Under the pieces are notes generated by a model. The model made no database searches and was not told the origin of the DNA. It saw nothing but the letters and a program-made list of their open reading frames with translations. Made by a program: the position numbers and the translations under genes. Positions 19,157 through 27,739 of a stretch of 64,000 bases of DNA are shown here, piece after piece. Position 1 is the stretch's first letter; every line of letters begins with the position of its first letter. Source of the DNA: Candidatus Woesearchaeota archaeon (GTDB lineage Archaea; Nanobdellota; Nanobdellia; SCGC-AAA011-G17; GW2011-AR18); NCBI GenBank assembly GCA_018302545.1, contig JAGVZM010000002.1:2198-66197 (forward strand), in the 5' to 3' direction.

Positions 19157-19317
19157 TTATCTCTCCTAAATAATACAAAGAACGAAACCTTCATATCATT
19201 TAAAAAATGCAATAAAATCACTATTTATATAAGTTACGTTTCTAAAAATAGCTTAAAAAAAGGCAATTGATGAGAATAAATAGAATCTTTTATAATTCTT
19301 TCCAAATTTAATACATT

Positions 19318-20337
19318 ATGAAAACACTACCAATCCAAAAAGAAATCCCAAAATTTAAAGGCTTAATTAAAATAGATAGAGAATCCCAAATACCCCTTAT
19401 AGGAATAATTCAAATAGGCATAATTGATAGAGGTTCTTCATTATTGCAAATAAGAGCTTCAACTGCATGTAATATGAAATGCCAATTTTGCTCAACAGCC
19501 GCAAATTCTTATGATATTCACCCATATAACTACGAAGTAGAATTATTTTATTTAATAGATTGGGTTAAAGAAGTTATTAGATTAAAAGACAACCAAGTAA
19601 ATCAGATAAACATAGATTCCGTAGGAGAACCAACTGCATATAAAGATATAGTAAACTTAGTCAGAGAATGTAAGAAAATTCCAGAAATAAAATTAGTAAC
19701 GATGCAAAGCAATGGAACCTTATTAAACGAAGAATTGATAAAAAAACTAGAAAAGGCAGGCCTAGATAGAATAAACCTATCCGTACATTCTTTAGAAGAT
19801 CAACAATCAAAAGAACTATTTGGATCAAATAATTATAATCTAAAAAAAATATTAGAAAATGCTAAACTAATAAACAAATCAAAGATAGAGTTAAATCTAA
19901 CTCCAGTATATCTCCCAAATATAAACGATAAACAAATTTCAGACTTAATTGAATTCGCAAAAGAGATCAATTGCAGAATTTCCATTCAAAAATATGAAAT
20001 TTATAAATATTCAAGAAAGATGAAAAAAGTAAAAGAGCAGAATTGGTTTAAATTTTATAGAAAATTAGAAGAATTAGAAAAAAAACATGATTATAAGTTA
20101 AAAATTGGACCTACAGATTTCGAGATTTATAAATCAAAGAGAATACCTTTAGAATTTAAAAGAGGAGATATAATAACTGCAGAGGTAATAATGCCTGGAT
20201 GGATTAAACAGGAGAAGATTGCAAAAGCAAACAATAGAGTTATAACAATCGTAGATTCAGATGCAAAGATGGGAGATAAAATAAGAGTAAAAATTCTCGA
20301 ATCTAAAGATTCAATCTACATAACTAAAAAAGTTTAG
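19318..20337 (+). CDS. Radical SAM protein with C-terminal TRAM-like domain (probable RNA-modification enzyme)
   Basis: CNMKCQFC (CxxxCxxC) radical SAM cluster motif. C-terminal ITAEVIMPGW...DKIRVKILESKDSIYITKKV OB/TRAM-like segment. Confidence 0.65.
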   Translation: MKTLPIQKEIPKFKGLIKIDRESQIPLIGIIQIGIIDRGSSLLQIRASTACNMKCQFCSTAANSYDIHPYNYEVELFYLIDWVKEVIRLKDNQVNQINIDSVGEPTAYKDIVNLVRECKKIPEIKLVTMQSNGTLLNEELIKKLEKAGLDRINLSVHSLEDQQSKELFGSNNYNLKKILENAKLINKSKIELNLTPVYLPNINDKQISDLIEFAKEINCRISIQKYEIYKYSRKMKKVKEQNWFKFYRKLEELEKKHDYKLKIGPTDFEIYKSKRIPLEFKRGDIITAEVIMPGWIKQEKIAKANNRVITIVDSDAKMGDKIRVKILESKDSIYITKKV

Positions 20338-20492
20338 TGAATTCCAATTTCTCAAAACAATAAATACCCTATATAGATTATATATAACTACTAATAAGTA
20401 AACAACGAAAAAAATAACATTTAAATAGAAAAAATTACAAAAATCTAATTAAATAAAGATCAAAAATAAAAGATATAGGAGGTAGATAAAAA

Positions 20493-20861
20493 ATGGCCAA
20501 AAATAATTCAACATCCGAAATGATTGGCGGTTGGTCCTTTATAGTTGGTGCATTAATTGCATTAATTCTAGGAGTTATACCATCAACAGCAAATAAGCCA
20601 TGGGTAATTGGTTTATTATTAGTACTTGGTGTGATTGTTGGATTAATCAATATAACAGATAAAGAAATTGTTCCATTTTTAATAGCCTGTGTTGCATTTT
20701 TAGTTGCCGCCCCTACATTCGGAGCAGCAGTAGCAGCAGGAGGATTTGGAGCAACCTTTAGTTGGTTAACAAGAATATTAACACATATAGGTGTTTTCGT
20801 AGTTCCAGCAGCTGTTATAGCATCAATTAAAGCAATTATGGCTTTAGCAGGTTCAAAATAA
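20493..20861 (+). CDS. Small membrane protein (Gly/Ala-rich TM helices)
   Basis: 122 aa with three or four hydrophobic helices. An AGGAGG Shine-Dalgarno-like sequence sits just upstream (20477..20482). Confidence 0.4.
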   Translation: MAKNNSTSEMIGGWSFIVGALIALILGVIPSTANKPWVIGLLLVLGVIVGLINITDKEIVPFLIACVAFLVAAPTFGAAVAAGGFGATFSWLTRILTHIGVFVVPAAVIASIKAIMALAGSK

Positions 20862-20925
20862 ACCTGTTTTTTTCTTTTTTATTATTTTAGAAAACCTTAA
20901 TTAATCAAACAAAAACAATTTCTTA

Positions 20926-21924
20926 ATGCAAATAATAGCACAGTGTATTCCAAACCTAGAAGAAATCTCAATAAAAGAGATTAAAGAGTTAATAAATCAA
21001 GAATCAAAAATAATAATTCCAGGAAGAATAAAATTTAATGCAACAAAAGAAGAAATAAAAAAATTAGCTAAGAAAACAAGGAGTATACTAAAAATTTATT
21101 TATTCATAGAAAAAATAGAATTCAAAGAGTTAGATGATTTAGAAGAACAAATAAAAAAGATAAAATTCCCAGAAATAAAAGAACCATTTGCTGCAAAATG
21201 TGAAAGAAAGGGAAATCACAATTTTACATCTAACGATATAGAAATAATAATAGGTGATTCTATAAAAAATAAGAAAGTAGATTTAAAAAATCCAGAAACT
21301 ATAATAATAGCAGATATACTAAAACAAGATTGTCTAATAGGCATAGAAATTTCAAATAATTTAAGTAAGAGAGATTATAGAATAAAGATATTGTCTAATT
21401 CTATAAATCCTTGTTTAGCTTATTGTATGTTAAGAATCTCAGAAGTTAAAGAAAAAGAAACAATTTTAGATCCTTCCTGTAAATCAGGAGAAATTATAAT
21501 AGAAGCATTTTTATCATTTAAGACCTTAAAAGGTTACGCAACAGATTCTTTACTTAATCACTTAAAAGCGCTTGAGATTAATTCTAAAATAGCGCAAGTA
21601 TATAAAAAAATAGAAATAAGTAGGCAAGACATAGAATGGTTAGATACTAAATTTAATGAAGAAGAAATAGATCATATAATAACATTTCCACCATATCCTT
21701 CCAAAATTTTTAAAGAAAAAAAAGCAGAGAGATTATACAAAGACCTATTTCATGCAGGTTCTTACATCTTAAAAGAAAAAGGAAACATAACAATATTAAC
21801 AAATTCCCCAAAGTTACTAGAAAAAACAGCAAATTCAGAAAATTTCAAACTCAAAAAACAATATAAATTAAATTATATGAATCAAGAATTTTATATCTTG
21901 GTATTCAGTAAATCTTTTAAATAA
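20926..21924 (+). CDS. THUMP-domain RNA (guanine-N2) methyltransferase-like (Trm11/Trm14/RlmL family)
   Basis: N-terminal THUMP-like region. SAM motif I (LDPSCKSGEIIIEA) and motif IV (ITFPPYPS, an NPPY-like variant). Confidence 0.6.
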   Translation: MQIIAQCIPNLEEISIKEIKELINQESKIIIPGRIKFNATKEEIKKLAKKTRSILKIYLFIEKIEFKELDDLEEQIKKIKFPEIKEPFAAKCERKGNHNFTSNDIEIIIGDSIKNKKVDLKNPETIIIADILKQDCLIGIEISNNLSKRDYRIKILSNSINPCLAYCMLRISEVKEKETILDPSCKSGEIIIEAFLSFKTLKGYATDSLLNHLKALEINSKIAQVYKKIEISRQDIEWLDTKFNEEEIDHIITFPPYPSKIFKEKKAERLYKDLFHAGSYILKEKGNITILTNSPKLLEKTANSENFKLKKQYKLNYMNQEFYILVFSKSFK

Positions 21925-21942
21925 ATATAAAGTCGTAAAAAC

Positions 21943-23814
21943 ATGACAAATCCAGAAAATCAACTAATAGACCAAAGATTACAAAAATTAGAAGAAATAA
22001 GAAAGTTAGGAATAGAGCCATATCCCTATTCATACAAAACAAATACTACAGCAAAAGAAATTAAAGAAAAGTTCTCAAAATTAAAGAATGAAGAAAAAAC
22101 TAAAGCTAAAGTATCCCTCTCTGGAAGATTAATGACTATTAGGAGAATGGGTAAAGCATCTTTTGCTCACTTACAAGATCACACAGACAAGGTACAATTC
22201 TACATAAGAGAAGATGAAGTAGGAAACTCTGAATATGAAATATTTAAAAAATTAGATATGGGCGACATTATAGGAATAGAAGGAATAATATTCAAAACAA
22301 AGACAGGAGAAGTTTCTATATGGATAAAAAAATTAACTTTCTTATCTAAGTGCCTACGTCCCTTACCAGAAAAATGGCATGGATTAAAAGATGTAGAAGC
22401 AAGATACAGACAAAGATATCTAGACTTAATAGCAAATCCAGAAGTAAAGGAAATATTCATAAAAAGATCTAAAATAGTATCTGCTGTAAGAGAATTTTTA
22501 GAGATGAAAGGTTATATTGAAGTAGACATTCCAACTTTACAACCTCAATATGGGGGAGCAAATGCAAAACCATTCAAAACCCATATTAATGCTTGGAATA
22601 TAGATCTATATTTGAGTATTTCACCAGAGTTATATTTAAAAAAATTAATAGTTGGAGGATTTGATAAGGTCTTTACTATTTGTAAAAATTTTAGGAATGA
22701 AGGGGTTGACAAAACGCATAATCCAGAATTCACAATGATGGAGTGTTATGCAATAAATGAAGACTATAATTATTTATTAGAATTAATCGAAGATTTATAC
22801 ATATATGCAGCTGAAAAAGTTTTAGGAACAACAAAGATAACTTATCAAGGACAGAAAATTGATTTGAAAAAACCATGGAAAAGACTAACAATGTATGAAT
22901 CACTAAAACAATATGCTAATTTAGATGTCTCAAAAATGTCAGATAAAGAATTAATAAAACAAGCAAACTCACATGGGGTTCAAATAGAGAAAAATACACC
23001 AAGAGGATTAATAATTGAAGCATTATTTGGAGAACTAGTAGAAAAACATCTTATTCAGCCCACTCACCTAATAGATCATCCAAAAGAGACAACACCACTA
23101 TGCAAAGTAAAAAGGGGAGATGAATGTCTAATCGAAAGAGTCGAACCTTATATTAATGGATGGGAAATTGGAAATGGTTATTCTGAATTAAACGATCCAA
23201 AGATACAATATGAATTATTCAAAGAACAAGAAGAAAGAGGAAGAGCGGGAAATGAGGAATTCCATCCAATGGACGAAGATTATGTTAAAGCTTTAGAAAC
23301 AGGTTTACCTCCAACAGCAGGAGTTGGCTTAGGAATTGATAGAATGGTAATGTTACTAACAGATTCCACTACAATAAGAGATGTAATATTATTCCCTACA
23401 ATGCGTCCAGAAAATAAAGATGAGGAAAAAATAACAAAAGAAAATATTTTAGAACAAGAAGGAATAATAGTTGGCAAAGTAGTAAAAATAGAGAAACACC
23501 CAAATGCAGATAATTTAAAAATATGTACTATAAACATAGGAAATAAAGAGGTAATTTCTGTAACAAACTGTAAAAATGCAAGAGAAGGAATGATAATTCC
23601 AACAATATTAACAGGAACAAAATATTTTGATTGGAAAGGTTCAGGAAAAATATTAGTAGCAAAAAGATCAGAGTTAAGAGGAATAGAAAGCAACGCTATT
23701 ATGGGCGCTGGAGAAGAAATAGGATTGCCAACTCCAGAAGACAAAAGAGAATTAATATATGAACTAAAATCCGGAAAACCAGGAGACAAAGTAAAAGATC
23801 ATATACATAGATAA
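21943..23814 (+). CDS. lysS: Lysine--tRNA ligase, class II, with C-terminal Trbp111/EMAPII-like tRNA-binding domain
   Basis: Class II motifs FRNEGVDKTHNPEFTMMECY (motif 2) and GLGIDRMVMLLTDSTTIRDVILFP (motif 3). N-terminal OB anticodon-binding domain. About 120 extra C-terminal residues (GKVVKIEKHPNADNLKICTINIG...) resemble the tRNA_bind OB domain. Confidence 0.85.
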   Translation: MTNPENQLIDQRLQKLEEIRKLGIEPYPYSYKTNTTAKEIKEKFSKLKNEEKTKAKVSLSGRLMTIRRMGKASFAHLQDHTDKVQFYIREDEVGNSEYEIFKKLDMGDIIGIEGIIFKTKTGEVSIWIKKLTFLSKCLRPLPEKWHGLKDVEARYRQRYLDLIANPEVKEIFIKRSKIVSAVREFLEMKGYIEVDIPTLQPQYGGANAKPFKTHINAWNIDLYLSISPELYLKKLIVGGFDKVFTICKNFRNEGVDKTHNPEFTMMECYAINEDYNYLLELIEDLYIYAAEKVLGTTKITYQGQKIDLKKPWKRLTMYESLKQYANLDVSKMSDKELIKQANSHGVQIEKNTPRGLIIEALFGELVEKHLIQPTHLIDHPKETTPLCKVKRGDECLIERVEPYINGWEIGNGYSELNDPKIQYELFKEQEERGRAGNEEFHPMDEDYVKALETGLPPTAGVGLGIDRMVMLLTDSTTIRDVILFPTMRPENKDEEKITKENILEQEGIIVGKVVKIEKHPNADNLKICTINIGNKEVISVTNCKNAREGMIIPTILTGTKYFDWKGSGKILVAKRSELRGIESNAIMGAGEEIGLPTPEDKRELIYELKSGKPGDKVKDHIHR

Positions 23815-23937
23815 ATTAACTTCCGAATAGAAGCAAAGAAAACTTTATAAACACTCAAAAACGGTAATTTCAATGAAAAACGAGGTTTTAAGCTAATATT
23901 CTCGTTTTCAATAAAAATAATTGAGGAGGCAAACAAG

Positions 23938-24108
23938 ATGGGTGAACTGTTAGTTGTAAGAAGTAAAATAAAAGACGTTGCAAAGGGAATGAACGTTGCT
24001 GGTGATTTTGCAGACGCTTTAAGTGAAAAAGTAGAAATGTTAATTAAAGACGCTTGTAGAAGAGCTAAAGAAAACAAAAGAAGCACTATTCAACCTAGAG
24101 ACTTATAA
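23938..24108 (+). CDS. Small histone-fold-like or DNA-binding protein (tentative)
   Basis: 56-aa ORF not in the track: MGELLVVRSKIKDVAKGMNVAGDFADALSEKVEMLIKDACRRAKENKRSTIQPRDL. GAGGAGG SD-like sequence 9 nt upstream. The helix-loop-long helix pattern ending in RSTIQPRDL resembles a histone-fold alpha2-L2 segment. Confidence 0.3.
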   Translation: MGELLVVRSKIKDVAKGMNVAGDFADALSEKVEMLIKDACRRAKENKRSTIQPRDL

Positions 24109-24182
24109 ATCTCTAGTATATTTTCTTTTTTTATTTAATTTTCATAAACTATTTATATTAATAAATTAAATTCTATCTATAA

Positions 24183-24599
24183 ATGACATCAAAAATTAAA
24201 GGTTCTAGAACTGAAAGAGAATTAGTTCAACTATTCCAAAATACAGGAAATTGGAGTGCAATTAGAGTAGCAGGCTCAGGTTTAACTAAAAATCCAAATC
24301 CAGATGTTTTAGCAGGAAACGGTAAAAGATATTTAGCACTAGAATGCAAAGCAACTAAAAAAACCTCCAAACACATATATGAAGAAGATGTAATACAAAT
24401 AATAACATTTTCAAACAAATTCGGAGCAGAACCCTGGTTTGCAATAAAATTCAATAGAAAACCATGGTTATTCCTAAAACCAGAGCAATTAAACAAAACA
24501 AAAAGTTCAAATTCAAGTATTAATTTAAGATTAGCAGAAGAAATAGGTTTAACATTTGAGAGATTAATAGAAGGAGGAGAATTATGCAAAACACAATAA
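24183..24599 (+). CDS. hjc: Holliday junction resolvase Hjc
   Basis: GSRTERELVQLF...AIRVAGSG...PDVLAGNGKRYLALECKATKK...FGAEPWFAIKF matches the archaeal Hjc consensus, including catalytic E and K positions. Confidence 0.8.
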   Translation: MTSKIKGSRTERELVQLFQNTGNWSAIRVAGSGLTKNPNPDVLAGNGKRYLALECKATKKTSKHIYEEDVIQIITFSNKFGAEPWFAIKFNRKPWLFLKPEQLNKTKSSNSSINLRLAEEIGLTFERLIEGGELCKTQ

Positions 24600-24964
24600 A
24601 ATATAGCGGTTTAAAAAATCTTAATCCTATAGAACAACAGATAATAAATCAGATATTAGAAAGAGAATATCCAAGAATTCAAAGAATGATAAAAAATGAA
24701 TCAGATTTGCATGTCCATATAAAAACAGTAAAGAAAGATACAAGAAAAAGATACATAATAAGTATACGTTTAGAAGCTGCTACAAAAATGTATTCTACAA
24801 AAACAAAAGACACAGAAGAAGCAGGCGACTGGGATATAAAAAAAGCAACACACAAAGCAATAGAACATTTAGAATCAGAAATAAAAAGAAGTATAAAACC
24901 AGATGAAGGAAAATGGAAAAAAAGCAAATTAAGAAAGATCTTAGAAAAAATCAGGGGAGAATAA
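24584..24964 (+). CDS. Hypothetical protein (overlaps hjc by 16 nt; likely co-transcribed)
   Basis: 126-aa ORF, basic. No recognisable domain. Confidence 0.35.
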   Translation: MQNTIKYSGLKNLNPIEQQIINQILEREYPRIQRMIKNESDLHVHIKTVKKDTRKRYIISIRLEAATKMYSTKTKDTEEAGDWDIKKATHKAIEHLESEIKRSIKPDEGKWKKSKLRKILEKIRGE

Positions 24965-25049
24965 ACCTCCCAAAAATTTTTCAAGATTTTTGAAAATCTT
25001 TCAGAAATTTCTACTAAACCCTTTTTAACCAAAGAAGTTAATTAGTTTT

Positions 25050-26042
25050 ATGAAAAAAATAATATACATAATAATAACTTTAATTTTTTTGCCATTAGTA
25101 TATGCAGAATGTGATTGTACTTGTGAAGATCCAAAAGCAAATCTATCCTTACCAGAAGGCCATTGCAATATTTCATTAACATTAAAAACAGATAAAGATA
25201 GGTACAAAAATGAAGAGAAAATAACAATTTTCAATGAATTGACAGAAAAAAAACAAGACTTTACTATTGAATATTGGATAGAGGATATAAAAGGAGAGAT
25301 AATAAAAGAAAAAACTGAGACAAAAAATACAAATAAAAAACAATTCACACCAAAACTAACTGAGAATACAACTTTAGTAATAAAAAACAACTTAACTTAT
25401 TTAGATTGTAAAAATATAATAGTAGAGAACTATAATAAGGTAGAAGTATTCATAGAAGTCCAGCCAAAAAAAGAACCAGAATTAGAATTAATTAATTATT
25501 CAAAGAAATTAAATTTATCAGACGAATTAAACATCTCTTTAATGATATATTCAGGAGATAATATAAACTATTCAATAGCCTTTTGGATTGACAATATAAC
25601 AAAAACAGAAGATTATAAGATAGATCAAAGATACAAAAATGAAACAGTAAATCTAAGTATTAAGATCCCAAATAACTGTAGTATAGAATCAAAAAAGTAT
25701 GATTTAATAATAAAATCTCAAGAAAAAGAAATAAAGAAAAAAATAGATATAGAAAACAATTGCAAGGAAAAAGAGGAAGAACTAGAGGAAAATACAGAAA
25801 AATGCATTTTAAGCATACATTCAGAAGAAAATAACTCCGAAAACATTATAAATCAAAGTGCAAACCCAATCACAGGATTCACAATATATGAATCCACAAC
25901 AATAAAATCAAAGGAAATAGCTAAATACTTATTGATGATTATATTAGCATCAATTTTAGTATTTATAATCACAATAAACAAAGGAGTAGGAAAAGCAATA
26001 AAAGAATATTCACAAAAATGGTCTTCACAATTAGAGCACTGA
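25050..26042 (+). CDS. Cell-surface protein (signal peptide plus C-terminal TM anchor)
   Basis: N-terminal MKKIIYIIITLIFLPLVYA signal and C-terminal YLLMIILASILVFIITI anchor. N-glycosylation-sequon-rich (N.T/S) extracellular region. Confidence 0.4.
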   Translation: MKKIIYIIITLIFLPLVYAECDCTCEDPKANLSLPEGHCNISLTLKTDKDRYKNEEKITIFNELTEKKQDFTIEYWIEDIKGEIIKEKTETKNTNKKQFTPKLTENTTLVIKNNLTYLDCKNIIVENYNKVEVFIEVQPKKEPELELINYSKKLNLSDELNISLMIYSGDNINYSIAFWIDNITKTEDYKIDQRYKNETVNLSIKIPNNCSIESKKYDLIIKSQEKEIKKKIDIENNCKEKEEELEENTEKCILSIHSEENNSENIINQSANPITGFTIYESTTIKSKEIAKYLLMIILASILVFIITINKGVGKAIKEYSQKWSSQLEH

Positions 26043-26407
26043 TTGAAGTTCTGGGTTTTCCTGAAGAACACATTAAAGAAATTGTAAAAAAAGTATTAGA
26101 AAAACTAGAAAAAGAAGACGGGATAGAAATAATAAATAAAGAGATACATGAAACCCAAAAAGTAAAGGAAACCTTCTTCTCGTGTTTTACAGAATTAGAA
26201 TTAAAGATACATGATTTAAGTATACTATTAAAGTTCTGTTATGATTATCTTCCCTCAAATATTGAGATATTAGATGCAGATAACATAACTATACCCTCAA
26301 GAGAGTTCAACTTAAGTATAAATGAAATGTTAGAGAGGTTGCACCAATATAATATAATAGTAAACAACCTATCAAACCAAGTCAAAAAATTAGAAAAGCC
26401 TCAGTAG
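26018..26407 (+). CDS. Hypothetical protein
   Basis: 129-aa ORF with helical composition. No recognisable domain. Confidence 0.3.
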   Translation: MVFTIRALIEVLGFPEEHIKEIVKKVLEKLEKEDGIEIINKEIHETQKVKETFFSCFTELELKIHDLSILLKFCYDYLPSNIEILDADNITIPSREFNLSINEMLERLHQYNIIVNNLSNQVKKLEKPQ

Positions 26408-27738
26408 TTCTTTCTCTTTTGAACGCTCTCAACAAAACCCTCAAATTTATCTTTTTTAGGTTTCATTTTTCTATAAACAATAAATATTATTAACAAAAAG
26501 ATTATCAAAAATATAAACAAAAGAATAAAACCATATCCTCCTTCATCTCCATTTTTAATTGTAGTCTTATTAAATTCAACAAAAGAGTTATTAACAGAAT
26601 TATTAATTTCATTATCAACTTGAACATTAATAGATTTATTAAGAACATTCAAACTAACAGGGATACTAACAAAAGCATTTTCTGCACTTCTAACTTTTAA
26701 GGTACCGTAATAATTTCCAGGTTTTAAATTACTACTATCCTTAAACCCAAAAGAAAATGAAATACTATTATTAGCACTTAAAAAGCTAATCTTAGAGGGT
26801 TCAATCTCAAAAAGATCATCATCAAAACCTTCAGTATAATAACTCAAATTATGCAAATCCACACTGGCATTATTAACAACGACAATTTGTCCTGGAGGAT
26901 AATAATCTCCTATGTTTGTATTTGGCAAACTTATATTTATTAATTTTATACCAGAACCTCTAGTTAAGTAAATTGCATCATTAATTCCAGTCAAATCAAT
27001 ATTTTTTTTAGCCAAGTCATCTGGTTTAACATTAGTATCATTATTATTTTCAGATTTTTCAACATAATTAGTATCAATAATAAAAGGAATGATATAATTA
27101 CCAGAACCATAATCAACAAGAATTCTTCCATTAAATCTAGAAGCCCTCTTATTAAATAAAGAAGTTCTGACTTGAACATTTTTAGATTTATCAGGAGCAA
27201 GATTAAAATTAGATTCATCTAAACTAAAAAAGCCGCCTTCTGCAACTAAAGAGATAGAAACAGAATTATTCATTTTATTACTAAAAACTAAAACAAAAGG
27301 CACTTCATCTCCAGAATTTACAGCCTGATAAAAATATCCAGGCCTTATACTAACACTAGATTTATTAACAATCTTAAGATTAGAAAAAAAATCCTGTCTC
27401 TTCAATATCCCCTTTTCAATATAATTTATATTTTTAAAGCCAATCATATATTCCCCAGAAACAACTTGAGGCAAATCAAAATAAAAAGCATAAAAAGTAT
27501 TGTTAATCTTAACCTTATTTTTAATAATATTCAAAGAATTATTATTCATGTCTAATAATACTATATCAGAAACAGAAAGATCCCTATTTAAAGACAAATT
27601 TGTAAAAACTTCAAATTGAACAGTTTCAAAAGAACCATAGTCATTTTTATAAAGATTAATTTCAAAATCAGAAGCATTAACAAAAGAGATAATTAATAAA
27701 AATGAAACAACAACCAAAAAAAGATTTCTAAAAAACAT
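26401..27738 (-). CDS. Cell-surface protein (signal peptide plus C-terminal TM anchor)
   Basis: N-terminal signal (FLVVVSFLLIISFVNA). C-terminal GFILLFIFLIIFLLIIFIVYRK anchor followed by a basic tail. Many N.S/T sequons. Confidence 0.4.
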   Translation of the reverse strand: MFFRNLFLVVVSFLLIISFVNASDFEINLYKNDYGSFETVQFEVFTNLSLNRDLSVSDIVLLDMNNNSLNIIKNKVKINNTFYAFYFDLPQVVSGEYMIGFKNINYIEKGILKRQDFFSNLKIVNKSSVSIRPGYFYQAVNSGDEVPFVLVFSNKMNNSVSISLVAEGGFFSLDESNFNLAPDKSKNVQVRTSLFNKRASRFNGRILVDYGSGNYIIPFIIDTNYVEKSENNNDTNVKPDDLAKKNIDLTGINDAIYLTRGSGIKLINISLPNTNIGDYYPPGQIVVVNNASVDLHNLSYYTEGFDDDLFEIEPSKISFLSANNSISFSFGFKDSSNLKPGNYYGTLKVRSAENAFVSIPVSLNVLNKSINVQVDNEINNSVNNSFVEFNKTTIKNGDEGGYGFILLFIFLIIFLLIIFIVYRKMKPKKDKFEGFVESVQKRKNY

Positions 27739-27739
27739 A

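Noticed and set aside
18907-19221. 104-aa ORF overlapping the 61-aa zinc-ribbon ORF
   Set aside because: Low-complexity hydrophobic composition (MILLHFLNDMKVSFFVLF...). The same-strand 61-aa ORF in another frame has a coherent CxxC...CxxC zinc-ribbon architecture and is preferred.
22200-23789. Antisense ORFs (22200..22460, 22545..22733, 23280..23789) inside lysS
   Set aside because: They lie entirely within the strongly supported LysRS gene on the opposite strand. Their composition is not protein-like, typical of AT-rich antisense frames.
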